Positions 30,801 through 41,313 of a DNA stretch of 64,000 nt are shown piece by piece. Both the position numbers and the translations under genes were made by a program. The DNA comes from a virus. Taxonomy: Duplodnaviria; Caudoviricetes. How positions within the stretch are numbered: position 1 is the first letter of the stretch; each line of letters starts with the position of its first letter. Below the pieces are notes generated by a model. That model was not told the origin of the DNA. It saw only the letters and a list, made by a program, of their open reading frames with translations, and did not search any database. The stretch lies in IMG/VR virus record IMGVR_UViG_3300042888_001972, positions 25,272 to 89,271 of that record; one strand, given 5' to 3'.

Positions 30801-32064
30801 CTCCTTTATTATTTAAATCACAAGCATCAAACCATTCGTTTCGTTGAAATACTGCGTCAATTTGAACCCAATGTTCAACATTTGAATAAGTTGTACCACT
30901 ACAGTCATCAAAGATTCCTCTTGTAGAACACCATTCAGTAACTGAAGTTCCTGTTGTATAGGTTATACCTGTTAAACAAGTACCTGTTGTTTCACAACCT
31001 CCTGTTATTCGATATGTTTTCACACATAACCTTGGACTTCCTGTATCACCACTTAATCTTAAAGATAATGCATTTGAAACCCCATCATACAATGGGTCTG
31101 TTTCAGGGTATTGTGCCGTTACCCCACAAGAACATGGGCATCCACAACTACAATTATATGAAGTACCACCTGATTGTTGGTAAACTTTCAAACAATCATG
31201 AGGATTACTACCTAATAAACTACAAGCACAAGTATCCATACAGGTTAAACCTGAAGTAACTCTTGTATAACCCGAATCTTGTTTTGGTGAACCATCAGGG
31301 TAGTGATAGAATTTGTTTTCCGCTCTCGCTCCCATATAAAAGAACGTTCCTTTATTATTTGGGTATCGAGAATTTAAACCAACAGATGTATCACCTGTCC
31401 ATCGATATCTTAACATAAATTCCGCACTCCATCCTAAATTAGGTCTTTCAGGAAAAATTTGGTAATCATAACCGGCAACCTTATAAAATCCTTGGAAAAA
31501 TCCACCATCTAATCTTGCAACATATCCGATATCACCTCCGGCATTGGTATAAGATAAATCATACGAATATGAATCATCATTCCATAATCTATTCTGTGAT
31601 GTTGTGAACCCAGTAATTGGGTGCATTTTCATCCTTCTATCGTATTTGTATCTACTAAATTTGTCTGATTGAGATGTGTAAAGTCCTGTATTGATTTGAA
31701 TAGTCTCTCCTGACATATGTTTTACCAATCCATTGTCAATCCCTGTTAAACCAACATCACATAAGTCAGTTATTATAGGACAAAAATTTGGGTCAGTGTC
31801 TGTAGGGTTCCAATAATTTTCAGATACGATAGTATCATAGTCAAATGTACATGCACTTGTTGTACACAAAGTTGTTCCTGAACTATCAAAATTAAACTTA
31901 AATGGCATTCTATTACCATCTAACTCTCCTATTAGTAAAGGTGAAAACACAACCTCTTGGTCGTAATCTTTTTCGTCTGAAGCAAGACAAATGTCCGTGA
32001 TTTCATTCGCCGGTTTTAGACCCCATCGTCTAAAATTATACTGATTAATGTTTTGATATGCCAT
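27850..32064 (-). CDS. Large LamG/ConA-like lectin-domain protein with Pro/Thr tracts (start revised to 32064)
   Basis: Two clear LamG domains ([35 protein letters not shown]) plus a Cys-rich LamG-like N-domain; TATTTAT at 32074-32080 favours the MAYQN start. Confidence 0.85.
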   Translation of the reverse strand: MAYQNINQYNFRRWGLKPANEITDICLASDEKDYDQEVVFSPLLIGELDGNRMPFKFNFDSSGTTLCTTSACTFDYDTIVSENYWNPTDTDPNFCPIITDLCDVGLTGIDNGLVKHMSGETIQINTGLYTSQSDKFSRYKYDRRMKMHPITGFTTSQNRLWNDDSYSYDLSYTNAGGDIGYVARLDGGFFQGFYKVAGYDYQIFPERPNLGWSAEFMLRYRWTGDTSVGLNSRYPNNKGTFFYMGARAENKFYHYPDGSPKQDSGYTRVTSGLTCMDTCACSLLGSNPHDCLKVYQQSGGTSYNCSCGCPCSCGVTAQYPETDPLYDGVSNALSLRLSGDTGSPRLCVKTYRITGGCETTGTCLTGITYTTGTSVTEWCSTRGIFDDCSGTTYSNVEHWVQIDAVFQRNEWFDACDLNNKGGLGLIVKEIYTATTANNSISLIEPPITHEEKYDPATTEIVTFNDNWTAEEKYRLGTMKFYVNGKLFMVAENFEEIIPRLLDTPKEKQIGVGYNISLGGGTQGLHDNLTFSGGCPPTINDIVYQQDPECLTTHDLDNTIYSGLTTHIKLEEYFGGSMIGDISAFRMYTEPLNASQIKHNFNLLKLKYNLLDPNCLNCRIFIPSNDLYYIFIPSNDLYYNFIPDNDLYYLSIPSNDLYYELINPTPTNTGTPTPTPTNTQTPTQTPTQTPTNTETPTNTPTPTNTETPTQTPTNTETPTNTPTTTNTGTPTQTPTTTPTNTSSPTQTPTNTSTPTTTQTPTVTIGLTPTTTPSNTPTSTPTPTPTPTTTQTPTVTIGLTPTTTPSNTPTSTPTETPTNTPTPTNTETPTNTPTPTNTISPTPSSTQPAGLLINLDSGNLSSYPGSGSTWFDLAGTANNATLFNSPTYSSSYDGILQFDDVSLEYGTIPNIGTLSNWTVEVWFRLTTSLVGKVSSIVSNQFNNSVLNFSIGTNNMPTNSNLSVGFYNLSGGLWRTTTGVVPVVGNWYQVVGTYDGTTIRQYVNGVASGGTLTTSVASQSGGEIRLMRRWDETLISSNLTDGDLAIVKIYNTALSSSDILQSYNNTYTRFLEPTPTPTTTSTPTVTPTNTETPTNTPSKTPTNTPTPTNTTTPTNTTTPTPTLPDLDFLLFEDNSVATAENDDNIQIDIILSPTPTNTTTPTNTNTPTVTQTQTPSTTPNAPVTSNLRLYYDPSNPSSYPGTGTTINDLSGNGLNGTMSNITYTSPYFTYNGTSSQVSVVDNVLLEPGSGNWTMEVWVNQSVLGNDVVLGKFDNGGLSLDVSYSIRTTNTTYYAQIGSGSGSGSSLFVNSTNYVGTIGTWYQIVYVFTNVASKTLETFVNGVSIGSVGHNLSSILNSTNPLYIGSYNGGEFAQWFDGKIGITRLYNASLTSAQVLQNFNADKLKYGL
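29629..29813. repeat. Exact direct repeat of about 89 nt (96-nt period) within a PT tract
   Basis: TGTTGGAGTTGAGGTAGG...GTCGTAGGTGTTG at 29629-29717 and 29725-29813. Confidence 0.85.
30091..30210. repeat. Four 30-nt tandem coding repeats (IP[S/D]NDLYY)
   Basis: Units start at 30091, 30121, 30151 and 30181, in frame with the large ORF. Confidence 0.9.
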
Positions 32065-32073
32065 ATACAATTG

Positions 32074-32100
32074 ATAAATACCTTGTTTCATAGTATTTAT
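32074..32100. promoter_or_regulatory. Back-to-back divergent TATTTAT late-promoter motifs
   Basis: ATAAATA 32074-32080 (minus) and TATTTAT 32094-32100 (plus), each 9-15 nt before an ATG. Confidence 0.7.
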
Positions 32101-32115
32101 AATTAAAAAGAATAG

Positions 32116-32922
32116 ATGATTAGCGTAGACACAGAATTTTATTCATCACCTTATTATTTTCTTATCAGAGATAAAGGGGATAAATATTCCTTATATTTCT
32201 CCGTAGAGGAAACTTTAACTGAAGCCCGTAAAAAAGACGAGGTCATTCACTTTGATAAAAAGAAAGGAAAGAAAGTTAAAAATTATTTGGAAAAAACCGT
32301 AAAAGACAAAAAAAAGAAATCAACCAAAACACTTAAAACTGATTTGGAAGAATTAGTAAACGCAGACGGTGCTATGTCAAACTCAGCAATTCCAATCCTT
32401 GACCCAAAAGTTGGGGCGGAAAAAACAATGGACCAAACAATATCTATGGCTCGTATAACCAACGACCCTATTGCTCGTGGTTATAGAACATATTATGGTG
32501 AAAGTGAAATGAAAGAAACTAATTTGTCAAAAACTTTTGGAAATAAAGAAACTAAAGACATGGATGGACCTGAAACTTATAAATATTATATTGAAGAATT
32601 AGGTATGGATGAAGATGAGGCAAAAGAAAGAACAAAGGAACAAGGAAAAGATTGGACAGGAAAAAAAGATAAGAAGTCAGAATACTATGATGACCCTAAT
32701 TTTATTTCAAGAGAAACATTATCTGAAATACAAAAACAAAAAGCAATTAAAGTTGTTGAAGATTTATTAGTTAAGAAAAAATCATCAAACAATGCCGATG
32801 TAAATAAAAAAGAATTAGAGACCTCAAGAATGTTAAAAAGAAATTTATCGGTTTTGAAGAAACAAGCAGAAAAAGAAGGTATTTCAGTTTCTGAATTAAT
32901 TAAAATGTTAAAGAGTGAATAA
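32116..32922 (+). CDS. Hypothetical highly charged protein
   Basis: 268 aa ORF, K/E-rich, late motif upstream. Confidence 0.7.
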   Translation: MISVDTEFYSSPYYFLIRDKGDKYSLYFSVEETLTEARKKDEVIHFDKKKGKKVKNYLEKTVKDKKKKSTKTLKTDLEELVNADGAMSNSAIPILDPKVGAEKTMDQTISMARITNDPIARGYRTYYGESEMKETNLSKTFGNKETKDMDGPETYKYYIEELGMDEDEAKERTKEQGKDWTGKKDKKSEYYDDPNFISRETLSEIQKQKAIKVVEDLLVKKKSSNNADVNKKELETSRMLKRNLSVLKKQAEKEGISVSELIKMLKSE

Positions 32923-33391
32923 AGACCTATACAATTCATCCAAAGGTGAAATAGAATTTCCTAAAGAGAAAAAGGAACATATGAAAAAATGTTTTCATAT
33001 GGTTAAAGGTGCCGATGAAAATACCGAAGGTTTTAACAGAAATAAGGAATTACAAAATCAAAATTTTATAGAATATAAACAATTAAAAAGGATTAAAAAT
33101 TTCTTTGATAATTTTATTGGAAACCAAAACGAACCGTCATTTATTTTAAATGGTGGTGTTGTTATGAAAAATTGGGTTAATGATGAACTTCGTAAAATGA
33201 GAGAATTTGGAGATTTAACCAAAAGAAACAAAAAAGATACGGGGATGCAAAACTCATACATTAAACCTCACGAGAAAAAAGATTTTACAAATGTAAGAAA
33301 ATCTCAAGAACATTCAAAAACTGTTGAACGATATGATGAGGCGGTTACGAATACCTTGAAAAGAATAAACGAAATAATGTTAAAACTATAA
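32915..33391 (+). CDS. Hypothetical protein
   Basis: 158 aa, overlaps the preceding gene by 8 nt. Confidence 0.65.
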   Translation: MNKDLYNSSKGEIEFPKEKKEHMKKCFHMVKGADENTEGFNRNKELQNQNFIEYKQLKRIKNFFDNFIGNQNEPSFILNGGVVMKNWVNDELRKMREFGDLTKRNKKDTGMQNSYIKPHEKKDFTNVRKSQEHSKTVERYDEAVTNTLKRINEIMLKL

Positions 33392-33393
33392 TT

Positions 33394-33693
33394 ATGGCAA
33401 CCGAAATTACAGTCGATTTATCACAAAATGTTGAAAACACCCTTTCAGCCATTGCTGAAATGGAAAGAGCTAAACTAATACCTAAAAATGATTACAACTC
33501 AGTGGGTAACGAATATTCTTCAGTGAATAAAGATGCCGTTGCAGATGGAGATAATAAAGGTAGAGGAACCGGAGTATTCCTTGATGTGTATAATACAGCG
33601 GCAGGTACTGCTCAAGATATTATCGAAAGAAAGGACGATATTAAAATAAATAAATTTAATTCATCTAACACTTACCCGAACTTTCAACTATAA
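33394..33693 (+). CDS. Hypothetical protein
   Basis: 99 aa, operon-like spacing. Confidence 0.65.
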   Translation: MATEITVDLSQNVENTLSAIAEMERAKLIPKNDYNSVGNEYSSVNKDAVADGDNKGRGTGVFLDVYNTAAGTAQDIIERKDDIKINKFNSSNTYPNFQL

Positions 33694-34352
33694 TGAAATT
33701 ACAAAACTCTCTTAAAAGTTTAATATTAGAAATTGCGTCAATTGAAAGTGTTATTGATGCAATCAAGACTAAACGAGTAATGGGTGCTAGTTATGATGGT
33801 GACGAACCAGGTGGTAAAGGTCAAAGACTAATAGAACCTGTTTGTGTCGGAGTCAGTAAAGCTGGTAACCGAGTTGTTCGTGCTTGGGAAAGAGAGGGGG
33901 CATCTCACACTGCAACAATTGGTTCACAACCATTACCCGGATGGAGACTTTTTAGATTAGATAAAACATTCACTTTCCTACCAACATCAGAAGTTTTTGA
34001 TGAAATGAGACCAGGGTTTAATCCTAATGGAGATAAAAGTATGGTTTCTGTCGAAATAGTTGCAAACTTTAACACACCACCAACACCTTCTATAATACCT
34101 CAACAATTTCAACAAACACCTGAAACTCCGGAAACACCACAGCCAAACAATGATGAGGTTATTGATAGAACAATTGATTCATTAACGAACGAGTTTACAC
34201 AGAAATACGGTGAAGGTGGGTTTGATTTATCCAAATCTGCTGAAGCATTCAAACGAATCTACGCGGCAATAGAATCAGAAACCGGAAATAAATTAACAGA
34301 CGCCGAAAAGGCATCATTAAGAACAACAATAACAAACAAATTACAAAAATAA
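33693..34352 (+). CDS. WYL-domain protein
   Basis: RLIEPVCVG...VVRAW...GWRLFRLDK; Pro/Gln linker and helical C-domain. Confidence 0.7.
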   Translation: MKLQNSLKSLILEIASIESVIDAIKTKRVMGASYDGDEPGGKGQRLIEPVCVGVSKAGNRVVRAWEREGASHTATIGSQPLPGWRLFRLDKTFTFLPTSEVFDEMRPGFNPNGDKSMVSVEIVANFNTPPTPSIIPQQFQQTPETPETPQPNNDEVIDRTIDSLTNEFTQKYGEGGFDLSKSAEAFKRIYAAIESETGNKLTDAEKASLRTTITNKLQK

Positions 34353-34413
34353 TTTTAACCTTATAATGACAAAATCATAAAATCGTTTATGATTATATTA
34401 AAATTCAAAACTT

Positions 34414-35037
34414 ATGAGTGATTTAATGCAAAAATTAGCAATGTCAAACGCTAAAGCCCTAATGAGAGAAACCGATAGTCCAAGAAGAATGGATTCATCA
34501 TCGCAATCAATGGTTCAACAATTTGACGTTCCAAACGTAAAATATAACATACCACAAGAATATCTACAAGAAAGTCCTCAACAATCGGCACAACCATACC
34601 TTTCATCATTACCTGTTGAAAATACTAAACCTGTTGGTGTACCTACGGTTGACGCAATTAAAAACTCAAAACTACCGGATGAAATCAAAAAATTAATGAT
34701 GGAACATCCAATTGCCCAACCAAACCAAGCACCTACAATGACAATGTCTAACGAGTTGATTGAAAAATCAAGAAGATTAATGGGTCACAACGAAGGAAGT
34801 TATATTCCTGAATCTGCAAAACCAAAATCAGCACCTATTCAACAATCGGAACCAACTCAAAATACCGGAATTAATTATAAATTAATTCAAAAAATGATTA
34901 ATGAAGCAGTTACTAAATCATTAAAAGAAAATGGTTTGATTGCTGAAAGTACAGAAAAATCTAACGAAACGTTTAGTTTTAAAGTTGGAAAACACGTATT
35001 TGAAGGTAGAGTAACAAAAATTAAAAAAATGTCTTAA
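34414..35037 (+). CDS. Hypothetical protein
   Basis: 207 aa; IKNSKLPDEIKKLM motif; P/Q/S-rich. Confidence 0.65.
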   Translation: MSDLMQKLAMSNAKALMRETDSPRRMDSSSQSMVQQFDVPNVKYNIPQEYLQESPQQSAQPYLSSLPVENTKPVGVPTVDAIKNSKLPDEIKKLMMEHPIAQPNQAPTMTMSNELIEKSRRLMGHNEGSYIPESAKPKSAPIQQSEPTQNTGINYKLIQKMINEAVTKSLKENGLIAESTEKSNETFSFKVGKHVFEGRVTKIKKMS

Positions 35038-35092
35038 CGACTTTCTTTCTACGACATAAATTATTATATTTTAGTGAATATAATAAATAACT

Positions 35093-36304
35093 ATGTCAAA
35101 AATAAAAGTATTAGTCGTACCATCCGACAGAAGCGGAGTTGGTAAATTTAGGTCAGTCGACCCTCACATTTTCTTACAAAATCTTTATGGTGATGATTTT
35201 CATATTGATATCATCTATGACCCGTCCTATGACGATATGAATTTTTGGAAACAATACCAAATTGTTAGTTTCCATAGAAGTATCGGTCCTGATTTTGAAA
35301 AATCTCACGAATTAATCCAAAAATTAAATACTATGGGTATCATAACTGTTTGTGATATCGATGACTATTGGATGCCCGGTAAAGAACATCCTATTCATGA
35401 CATTATTATTTTTAATAAAATAAACGAAAAAATAGTAGCAAATCTTAAGGTTGCGAAATATGTTACTACAACAACCACACTATTTGCAGATGAAATTAGA
35501 AAATACAATAAAAATGTTTTTGTATTACCAAACGCGATAAATCCTAACGAACCTCAATTCAAAGAACCAACATTAGAATCTGATAGATTAAGATTCGGAT
35601 GGTTAGGTGGTTCATCTCACTTACACGACATTCAAATATTAAACGAAGGGTTTAATAAATTAACAAAATACCAAGATAAAGTACAATATGTTCTTTGTGG
35701 TTTTGACACTAGAGGTACGGTAACTGAAATCAATTCACAAACCGGAGAACACGTAAAACGAAATATTAAACCTGACGAAACTGTTTGGGCTCAATATGAA
35801 AAAATCTTCACACAAGATTATAAAATAGTTTCAGACGATTATAAAAAACATTTACTATTATACAATCAAGATATATTCCCTAATGAGATGACAGAATCTT
35901 ACTTAAGAGTTTGGACAAAACCAGTTACATCTTACGCAAAGAATTATTCAAAATTTGATGTATCTTTGGCACCAATTAAAAACCATATGTTTAATAGAAT
36001 GAAATCGCAATTAAAAGTAATTGAGGCGGGATTCTATAAAAAAGCGTTAATTGCCTCTAATGTAGGTCCTTATAGTTTAGATTTAAAACATTGTTTAAAA
36101 AATGGAGAATTAGTTGACGGAAATGCGTTATTAGTTGATGAGGTTAGAAATCATTCTGATTGGGCAAAATACATGGAAAAATTAATTAAGAACCCTAATA
36201 TGGCAAAAGATATGGGGGAAAGATTGTATGAGACAGTTAAAGACAAATACGATTTAAATATCGTAACAAAAGACAGAGCAGAATTTTATAAATCAATACT
36301 ATGA
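35093..36304 (+). CDS. GT-B (GT4-like) glycosyltransferase
   Basis: DIDDYW, VLPNAI, GWLGGSSH, FNRMKSQLKVIEAG, IASNVGPY. Confidence 0.8.
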   Translation: MSKIKVLVVPSDRSGVGKFRSVDPHIFLQNLYGDDFHIDIIYDPSYDDMNFWKQYQIVSFHRSIGPDFEKSHELIQKLNTMGIITVCDIDDYWMPGKEHPIHDIIIFNKINEKIVANLKVAKYVTTTTTLFADEIRKYNKNVFVLPNAINPNEPQFKEPTLESDRLRFGWLGGSSHLHDIQILNEGFNKLTKYQDKVQYVLCGFDTRGTVTEINSQTGEHVKRNIKPDETVWAQYEKIFTQDYKIVSDDYKKHLLLYNQDIFPNEMTESYLRVWTKPVTSYAKNYSKFDVSLAPIKNHMFNRMKSQLKVIEAGFYKKALIASNVGPYSLDLKHCLKNGELVDGNALLVDEVRNHSDWAKYMEKLIKNPNMAKDMGERLYETVKDKYDLNIVTKDRAEFYKSIL

Positions 36305-37002
36305 TAAACATACCATTAAACAAGATTTTATTTTTAGACATTGAAACTGTTGGTATTGAACCAACATGGGAATCATTGTGTTTAAATAGACCGGAACTTT
36401 CATTTCAATTTGAAAAATATTTTGATTGGTTCCAAAAAAGATTTCCGGAAGATGCGGATGAGGGTCCGGGTAAAATGTTTGTAAACAGAGCGGCATTAGT
36501 TCCTGAATTTTTACGAATTGCATGTGTTAGTGTTGCGTTTGTGGCACCTGATGGTACTACAAAAATGGAATCATATAGTAATGTGGACGAAAAAGAACTA
36601 TTAAAAGATGTTCAGAAAATGCTTCATCGTACCGGTGAATTAGGATTCTTTCTATGTGGTCATAATGTTAAAGGGTTTGATATTCCCGTTCTTGCAAAAA
36701 GAATGATTATGAATGGATTATTACCTCCAAAAATATTACCAGGTCATGACACTAAACCTTGGGAGATTAAAGCTCTTGATACCAAAGAAGTTTGGCAATA
36801 TGGTGGTTATGGGTCAATTGCATCATTAGAATTGATGTGTGTTTGTTTAGGAGTTGAATCTTCAAAAAATATGGAAGTAACAGGAAACAAAGTTCACGAA
36901 GCTTTTTGGGATAAAAAAGACATTAAAGGAATTGTTGAGTATTGTGAAAAAGATGTTGAAGTGTTGATAGAAGTAATTAAAAAATTAAAAGAATTAGTAT
37001 AA
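36301..37002 (+). CDS. PolB-like 3'-5' exonuclease (RNase H fold)
   Basis: LDIET, GHNVKGFD, YCEKDV (DEDDy). Confidence 0.85.
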   Translation: MINIPLNKILFLDIETVGIEPTWESLCLNRPELSFQFEKYFDWFQKRFPEDADEGPGKMFVNRAALVPEFLRIACVSVAFVAPDGTTKMESYSNVDEKELLKDVQKMLHRTGELGFFLCGHNVKGFDIPVLAKRMIMNGLLPPKILPGHDTKPWEIKALDTKEVWQYGGYGSIASLELMCVCLGVESSKNMEVTGNKVHEAFWDKKDIKGIVEYCEKDVEVLIEVIKKLKELV

Positions 37003-37625
37003 TGCAAAATTTAGATGGATTAGGGTTTGACCCCGAAATGATGGCAAGTTTTCAAAAACAATTAGAAGACCTTCAAGAAGAAGCCGATGTTGAAATTGAT
37101 GATGAATACCAAAAAGAATTAGAAAAATTAATTGGTATGACTTATGAAGAAATGAATGAGGATATGATGTTAGCCCTAAAAAGTAAAACACTTAAAGTGG
37201 AATTACTTAATGATGAAATATCATTCCCGGAATACGCCTACCCAAGTGATTCAGGATTTGATTTATTCTCAACAGAAGAAATAATATTACAACCATTTGG
37301 TAGAGCACTTGTGCCAACTGGTATTAAATTGTCAATACCTGAAGAATTTGAAATTCAAGTTAGACCTAAAAGTGGTTTGGCAATCAATCAAGGGTTAACC
37401 GTATTAAACACGCCAGGAACTGTGGATTCAGGATATAATGGTGAAATTAAAGTAATTATTTTTAACACAAATAACATATCGGTATTAATTCCTAAAGGAA
37501 CTAAAATTGCTCAAGCGGTTTTATGTCCAGTAGTTAATGGAAAATTTGTTAACTTAATTCAAGTTAATAATATTACTGATGGTGATAGAGGAGATAACGG
37601 ATTTGGTAGTACAGGATTGATATAA
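37002..37625 (+). CDS. dut: Trimeric dUTPase with acidic N-terminal extension
   Basis: SGFDL, RPKSGL, GTVDSGYNGE, KIAQ, RGDNGFGSTG. Confidence 0.95.
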   Translation: MQNLDGLGFDPEMMASFQKQLEDLQEEADVEIDDEYQKELEKLIGMTYEEMNEDMMLALKSKTLKVELLNDEISFPEYAYPSDSGFDLFSTEEIILQPFGRALVPTGIKLSIPEEFEIQVRPKSGLAINQGLTVLNTPGTVDSGYNGEIKVIIFNTNNISVLIPKGTKIAQAVLCPVVNGKFVNLIQVNNITDGDRGDNGFGSTGLI

Positions 37626-37626
37626 T

Positions 37627-39252
37627 ATGATAACAGTAGGATATTCGACAAGGACTCACAACCCAGAGTTCATTGAGTACTTGAAAAAAAGTTCAGGTTT
37701 CAAAAAAATTGAGGTTATTGAAAAAATAAATAATGGAGAAAAATCTCTGTCCGAGGTTTACAACGAAATACTATCCGAGTCAAAAACGGATATTGTTGTT
37801 TTATGTCATGACGACATTTATTTTGATACTAATGCTTGGTATGCCAAATTAATTAAACATTTTGAAAAATCTGATTTCGGTATCATTGGAATGGCCGGGA
37901 CTACTGATATGCCTGAAAGTGGTATGTGGTGGGAAAACAGAAAAAAAATGGTGGGTATTGTTAACCACGAACATGAAGGAAAAAAATGGGAATCAAAATA
38001 CTCAGATAGTCTTGGTAATGATATTCTTGAAACTATAATTGTGGATGGACTTTTTATGGCAATCAATAAAAAAAGAATTAAGAAAAACTTTAATGAAGAC
38101 TTTAAAGGGTTTCACTTCTATGATATACCATTTTGTTTTGATAACTATTTGGAAGGTGTTAAAGTAGGTGTTATAACAAACATCAGAATAACTCACAAAT
38201 CTATTGGTCAAACTAATGAACAATGGGAAGAAAATAAAAAATTATTTGCAGAAAAGTATAAATCAAACTTGCCGGTAAAATTACCATATAATGAAAAAAG
38301 AAAACTAAAAGTATTATTATCTTGCTTATTCTTTAAAACATTTACTGGTTCAGAGCTTTATGTTTATGAATTAGCTAAAAATTTAATAAAACAAAATTGT
38401 GATGTAACCGTAATGTCCCAAATTGGAGGTCTGTTAACGGACATGGCAAAAAAACAAGGTATTAAATGTGTTTCTTTTGAAGACGCTCCCGGGTTTAAAA
38501 TGGGTGACGGAAAATGGGGGCATAATACAGATAAAGGGTTTCAACCATCTCAACCAAATGTAATGTACCGAGTGTCAGAAGTTAATTTTGATTTAATCCA
38601 TATGCAACATAAACCTGTTGCAGAAAGAATGATTCAATTTTATCCTGAAATTGATAAAATTTATTCAATCCATTCAGAAGTGATTCAATTGGAAAACCCA
38701 ATCGAACATGAATCAATTAAAAAATACATCGCAATTAGACCTGAAATTAAAGATTATCTAATTGATTTTTTCCAAATACCTGATGAAAATATTGAAGTTA
38801 TTTATAACCCAATTGATAATGAAAAATTTAAACCAAACCCAATTAAAGAAGAAAATAGTGTTCTTTTTGTTGGAACAATTGATTATCTAAGAAAAGAAAC
38901 CATCATAGATTTAATGGAACGAACTAAGGAAGAGGGTAAAGAATTATGGTTAGTTGGTGAAGATAAAGGAAATTATTTACAACAAGTGTTGTTTGAACCT
39001 CATGTAAAACATTTTCCGCCAACATGGAATGTAGAATCATTTATTTCCAAATGTTCTGAAACGGCAGGTATTCAATTAGGAAGAACAACTATTGAAGGTT
39101 GGTTATGTGGAAAGCCAGGATGGATTTATAAAGTTGATTCATCGGGGTTTATTTTAGATAAAACAAAATTTGAGGTCCCAATGGATTTAGAAAAATATTA
39201 TTCCTCAAATGTTGCAAAACAAATAAAAGAAGAATATATTAAAATATTATAA
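37627..39252 (+). CDS. Two-domain glycosyltransferase (GT-A plus GT4-like)
   Basis: CHDD, VDGLF, FHFYD; then TGSELYVYEL, IYNPID, GRTTIEG. Confidence 0.8.
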   Translation: MITVGYSTRTHNPEFIEYLKKSSGFKKIEVIEKINNGEKSLSEVYNEILSESKTDIVVLCHDDIYFDTNAWYAKLIKHFEKSDFGIIGMAGTTDMPESGMWWENRKKMVGIVNHEHEGKKWESKYSDSLGNDILETIIVDGLFMAINKKRIKKNFNEDFKGFHFYDIPFCFDNYLEGVKVGVITNIRITHKSIGQTNEQWEENKKLFAEKYKSNLPVKLPYNEKRKLKVLLSCLFFKTFTGSELYVYELAKNLIKQNCDVTVMSQIGGLLTDMAKKQGIKCVSFEDAPGFKMGDGKWGHNTDKGFQPSQPNVMYRVSEVNFDLIHMQHKPVAERMIQFYPEIDKIYSIHSEVIQLENPIEHESIKKYIAIRPEIKDYLIDFFQIPDENIEVIYNPIDNEKFKPNPIKEENSVLFVGTIDYLRKETIIDLMERTKEEGKELWLVGEDKGNYLQQVLFEPHVKHFPPTWNVESFISKCSETAGIQLGRTTIEGWLCGKPGWIYKVDSSGFILDKTKFEVPMDLEKYYSSNVAKQIKEEYIKIL

Positions 39253-39272
39253 AATAAAGATTGATATTATTA

Positions 39273-39938
39273 ATGAAATTATTAATTAAATTCCCAACAA
39301 GAAATCGTAAGAATAAATTTTTTACAGTATTAAAACAATATCAAAGATTATGTGAAGATATTGAGAACACATTTTTTCTAATAACTTTAGATAATAATGA
39401 TGATGAAATGAATTCACCTGAGGTCGCAGATATTTTTAGTACATTCAAGAATATAAAATATGTTTATGGAAATAGTATTTCTAAAATTCATGCGGTAAAT
39501 AGAGACATTGAAACTGTAGATGAATGGGACATCGTATTATTGGCTTCTGATGATATGACCCCAAAAGTTAAAGGATATGATAATATTATTCGTAATAAAA
39601 TGAAAGAACATTATCCCGACACTGATGGTGTTTTATGGTTTAATGATGGTCACCAAGGAAACAATCTAAACACTCTATGTATTTTAGGTAAAAAATACTA
39701 CGAAAGATTTAATTATATTTACCACCCTGAATACAAATCAGTTTGGTCAGATAATGAGTTTATGTTAGTTGGTAATCTTTTACAAAAACAAACTTATTTT
39801 GATGAAGTTATAATTGAACATGAACATCCTGATTGGGGGTATGGTAAACGAGATAATATTCATCAAGTAAATTTATTAAATGAAAGTCATGATAGAAACT
39901 TATTTATGAGTAGAAAACAAAATAACTTTTATCTATGA
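39273..39938 (+). CDS. GT2-like glycosyltransferase
   Basis: KFPTRNR, LASDDM, SVWSDNE, IEHEH; ATG at 39273 preferred over TTG at 39261. Confidence 0.7.
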   Translation: MKLLIKFPTRNRKNKFFTVLKQYQRLCEDIENTFFLITLDNNDDEMNSPEVADIFSTFKNIKYVYGNSISKIHAVNRDIETVDEWDIVLLASDDMTPKVKGYDNIIRNKMKEHYPDTDGVLWFNDGHQGNNLNTLCILGKKYYERFNYIYHPEYKSVWSDNEFMLVGNLLQKQTYFDEVIIEHEHPDWGYGKRDNIHQVNLLNESHDRNLFMSRKQNNFYL

Positions 39939-40591
39939 AAAAAATAATTAGTTTTTCTCTTTGGGGTGATAACCCTAAGTATACAATAGGTGCAATAAGA
40001 AATGCGGAATTAACACCAATTATTTATCCCGGATGGATTTCAAGATTTTATTGTGGTGAGTCCGTACCAACCGATATTATTAAAACATTAATTTCTTTAC
40101 CAAACACTGAAGTTGTTATGATGGATGTTGACGGAGATTGGACTGGTATGTTTTGGAGATTTTATGCTTGTGAAGACTCAGACATAATGTTGTCAAGAGA
40201 TACTGATAGTCGATTATCCAATAGAGAAAAATTAGCAGTAGATGAATGGTTAGAATCAGATAAAGACTTTCACATTATGAGAGACCATCCTTATCATAAT
40301 ACAGAAATTTTAGGTGGTATGTGGGGAGTAAGAAATGGTTTATTAAAAAACATGAAACAATTAATTAATGATTATACCAAGGGTGATTTTTGGCAAGTTG
40401 ACCAAAATTTTTTAAGAGAAAAAATATACCCATTAGTTGTTAATAATAGTTTTACACATGATACTTATTTGAATTATAATACCAATTCAAAACAATTCCC
40501 ATCTAAAAGCATAAACAAAGAATTTGTCGGTGACGTTTTTGACGAAAATGAAAATAGACACCCGGAATATTATAAATTTATTAAAGAATGA
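39935..40591 (+). CDS. Putative GT-A glycosyltransferase (paralog of 17939..18577)
   Basis: KKIISFSLWG, MFWRF, SRDTDSR, ILGGMWG, DQNFL. Confidence 0.65.
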   Translation: MKKIISFSLWGDNPKYTIGAIRNAELTPIIYPGWISRFYCGESVPTDIIKTLISLPNTEVVMMDVDGDWTGMFWRFYACEDSDIMLSRDTDSRLSNREKLAVDEWLESDKDFHIMRDHPYHNTEILGGMWGVRNGLLKNMKQLINDYTKGDFWQVDQNFLREKIYPLVVNNSFTHDTYLNYNTNSKQFPSKSINKEFVGDVFDENENRHPEYYKFIKE

Positions 40592-41313
40592 AAATAGATT
40601 ACGTTATTGTATCGTCAAATAATAATCCATATTATTTGGATTTTTGGCCAATAATTTCCAAAGTATGGAAAGAAAAATTTAACATAACTCCCGTATTGGG
40701 ATTAATTAGTGACGAAGATTCAGGATTTGAAGAATCTGAATATGGATTAGTTAAAAAATTTAAATCAATTGATGGTATTGATACCGGTCTACAATCTCAA
40801 ATTGTTAGACTATTCATACCAAAAGAGTTAAACGGATATTGTTTAATTAGCGATATAGATATTATACCTCTTTCAGTTAATTATTTTGAAAATTGTGCTA
40901 GTCATCTAACTGAAACTAATATTGTTGTATATTCATCTGACCACCCTGAATGTTTAAGAAATAATGAGTATCCTATGTGTTATGTTTCGGCGCATAGTGA
41001 ATCTTTTAAAAATATTTTTAATTTGGATATTGATTGGGTATCATTTGTTAATTTAATGAAATCACGAAATCAAGGATGGGCAACTGACCAAAAATATTTA
41101 TTTGAAAAAATAAATGACTTTAAAAAAAATACAAATGATGTTATTTTGTTAGATAGAGGATGGTCCGGAATGGCTAACAAAAGAATTGATAGAGCGGCTT
41201 GGAGTTACGACCCAATTAAAGTTTCAGAGGGGTATTACATTGATTCTCATTCTTTAAGACCTTATAGTGAATATTCAGAAGAAATAAATAAATTAATAAA
41301 TTATATGAATTAA
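40588..41313 (+). CDS. Putative GT-A glycosyltransferase
   Basis: SDIDIIP (DxD), WATDQ, IDSH; cluster context. Confidence 0.55.
   Translation: MKIDYVIVSSNNNPYYLDFWPIISKVWKEKFNITPVLGLISDEDSGFEESEYGLVKKFKSIDGIDTGLQSQIVRLFIPKELNGYCLISDIDIIPLSVNYFENCASHLTETNIVVYSSDHPECLRNNEYPMCYVSAHSESFKNIFNLDIDWVSFVNLMKSRNQGWATDQKYLFEKINDFKKNTNDVILLDRGWSGMANKRIDRAAWSYDPIKVSEGYYIDSHSLRPYSEYSEEINKLINYMN

Noticed and set aside
32065-32091. ORF-track N-terminal extension MKQGIYQLY of the large LamG protein
   Set aside because: It spans the putative late promoter; the ATG at 32064 fits the motif spacing seen elsewhere
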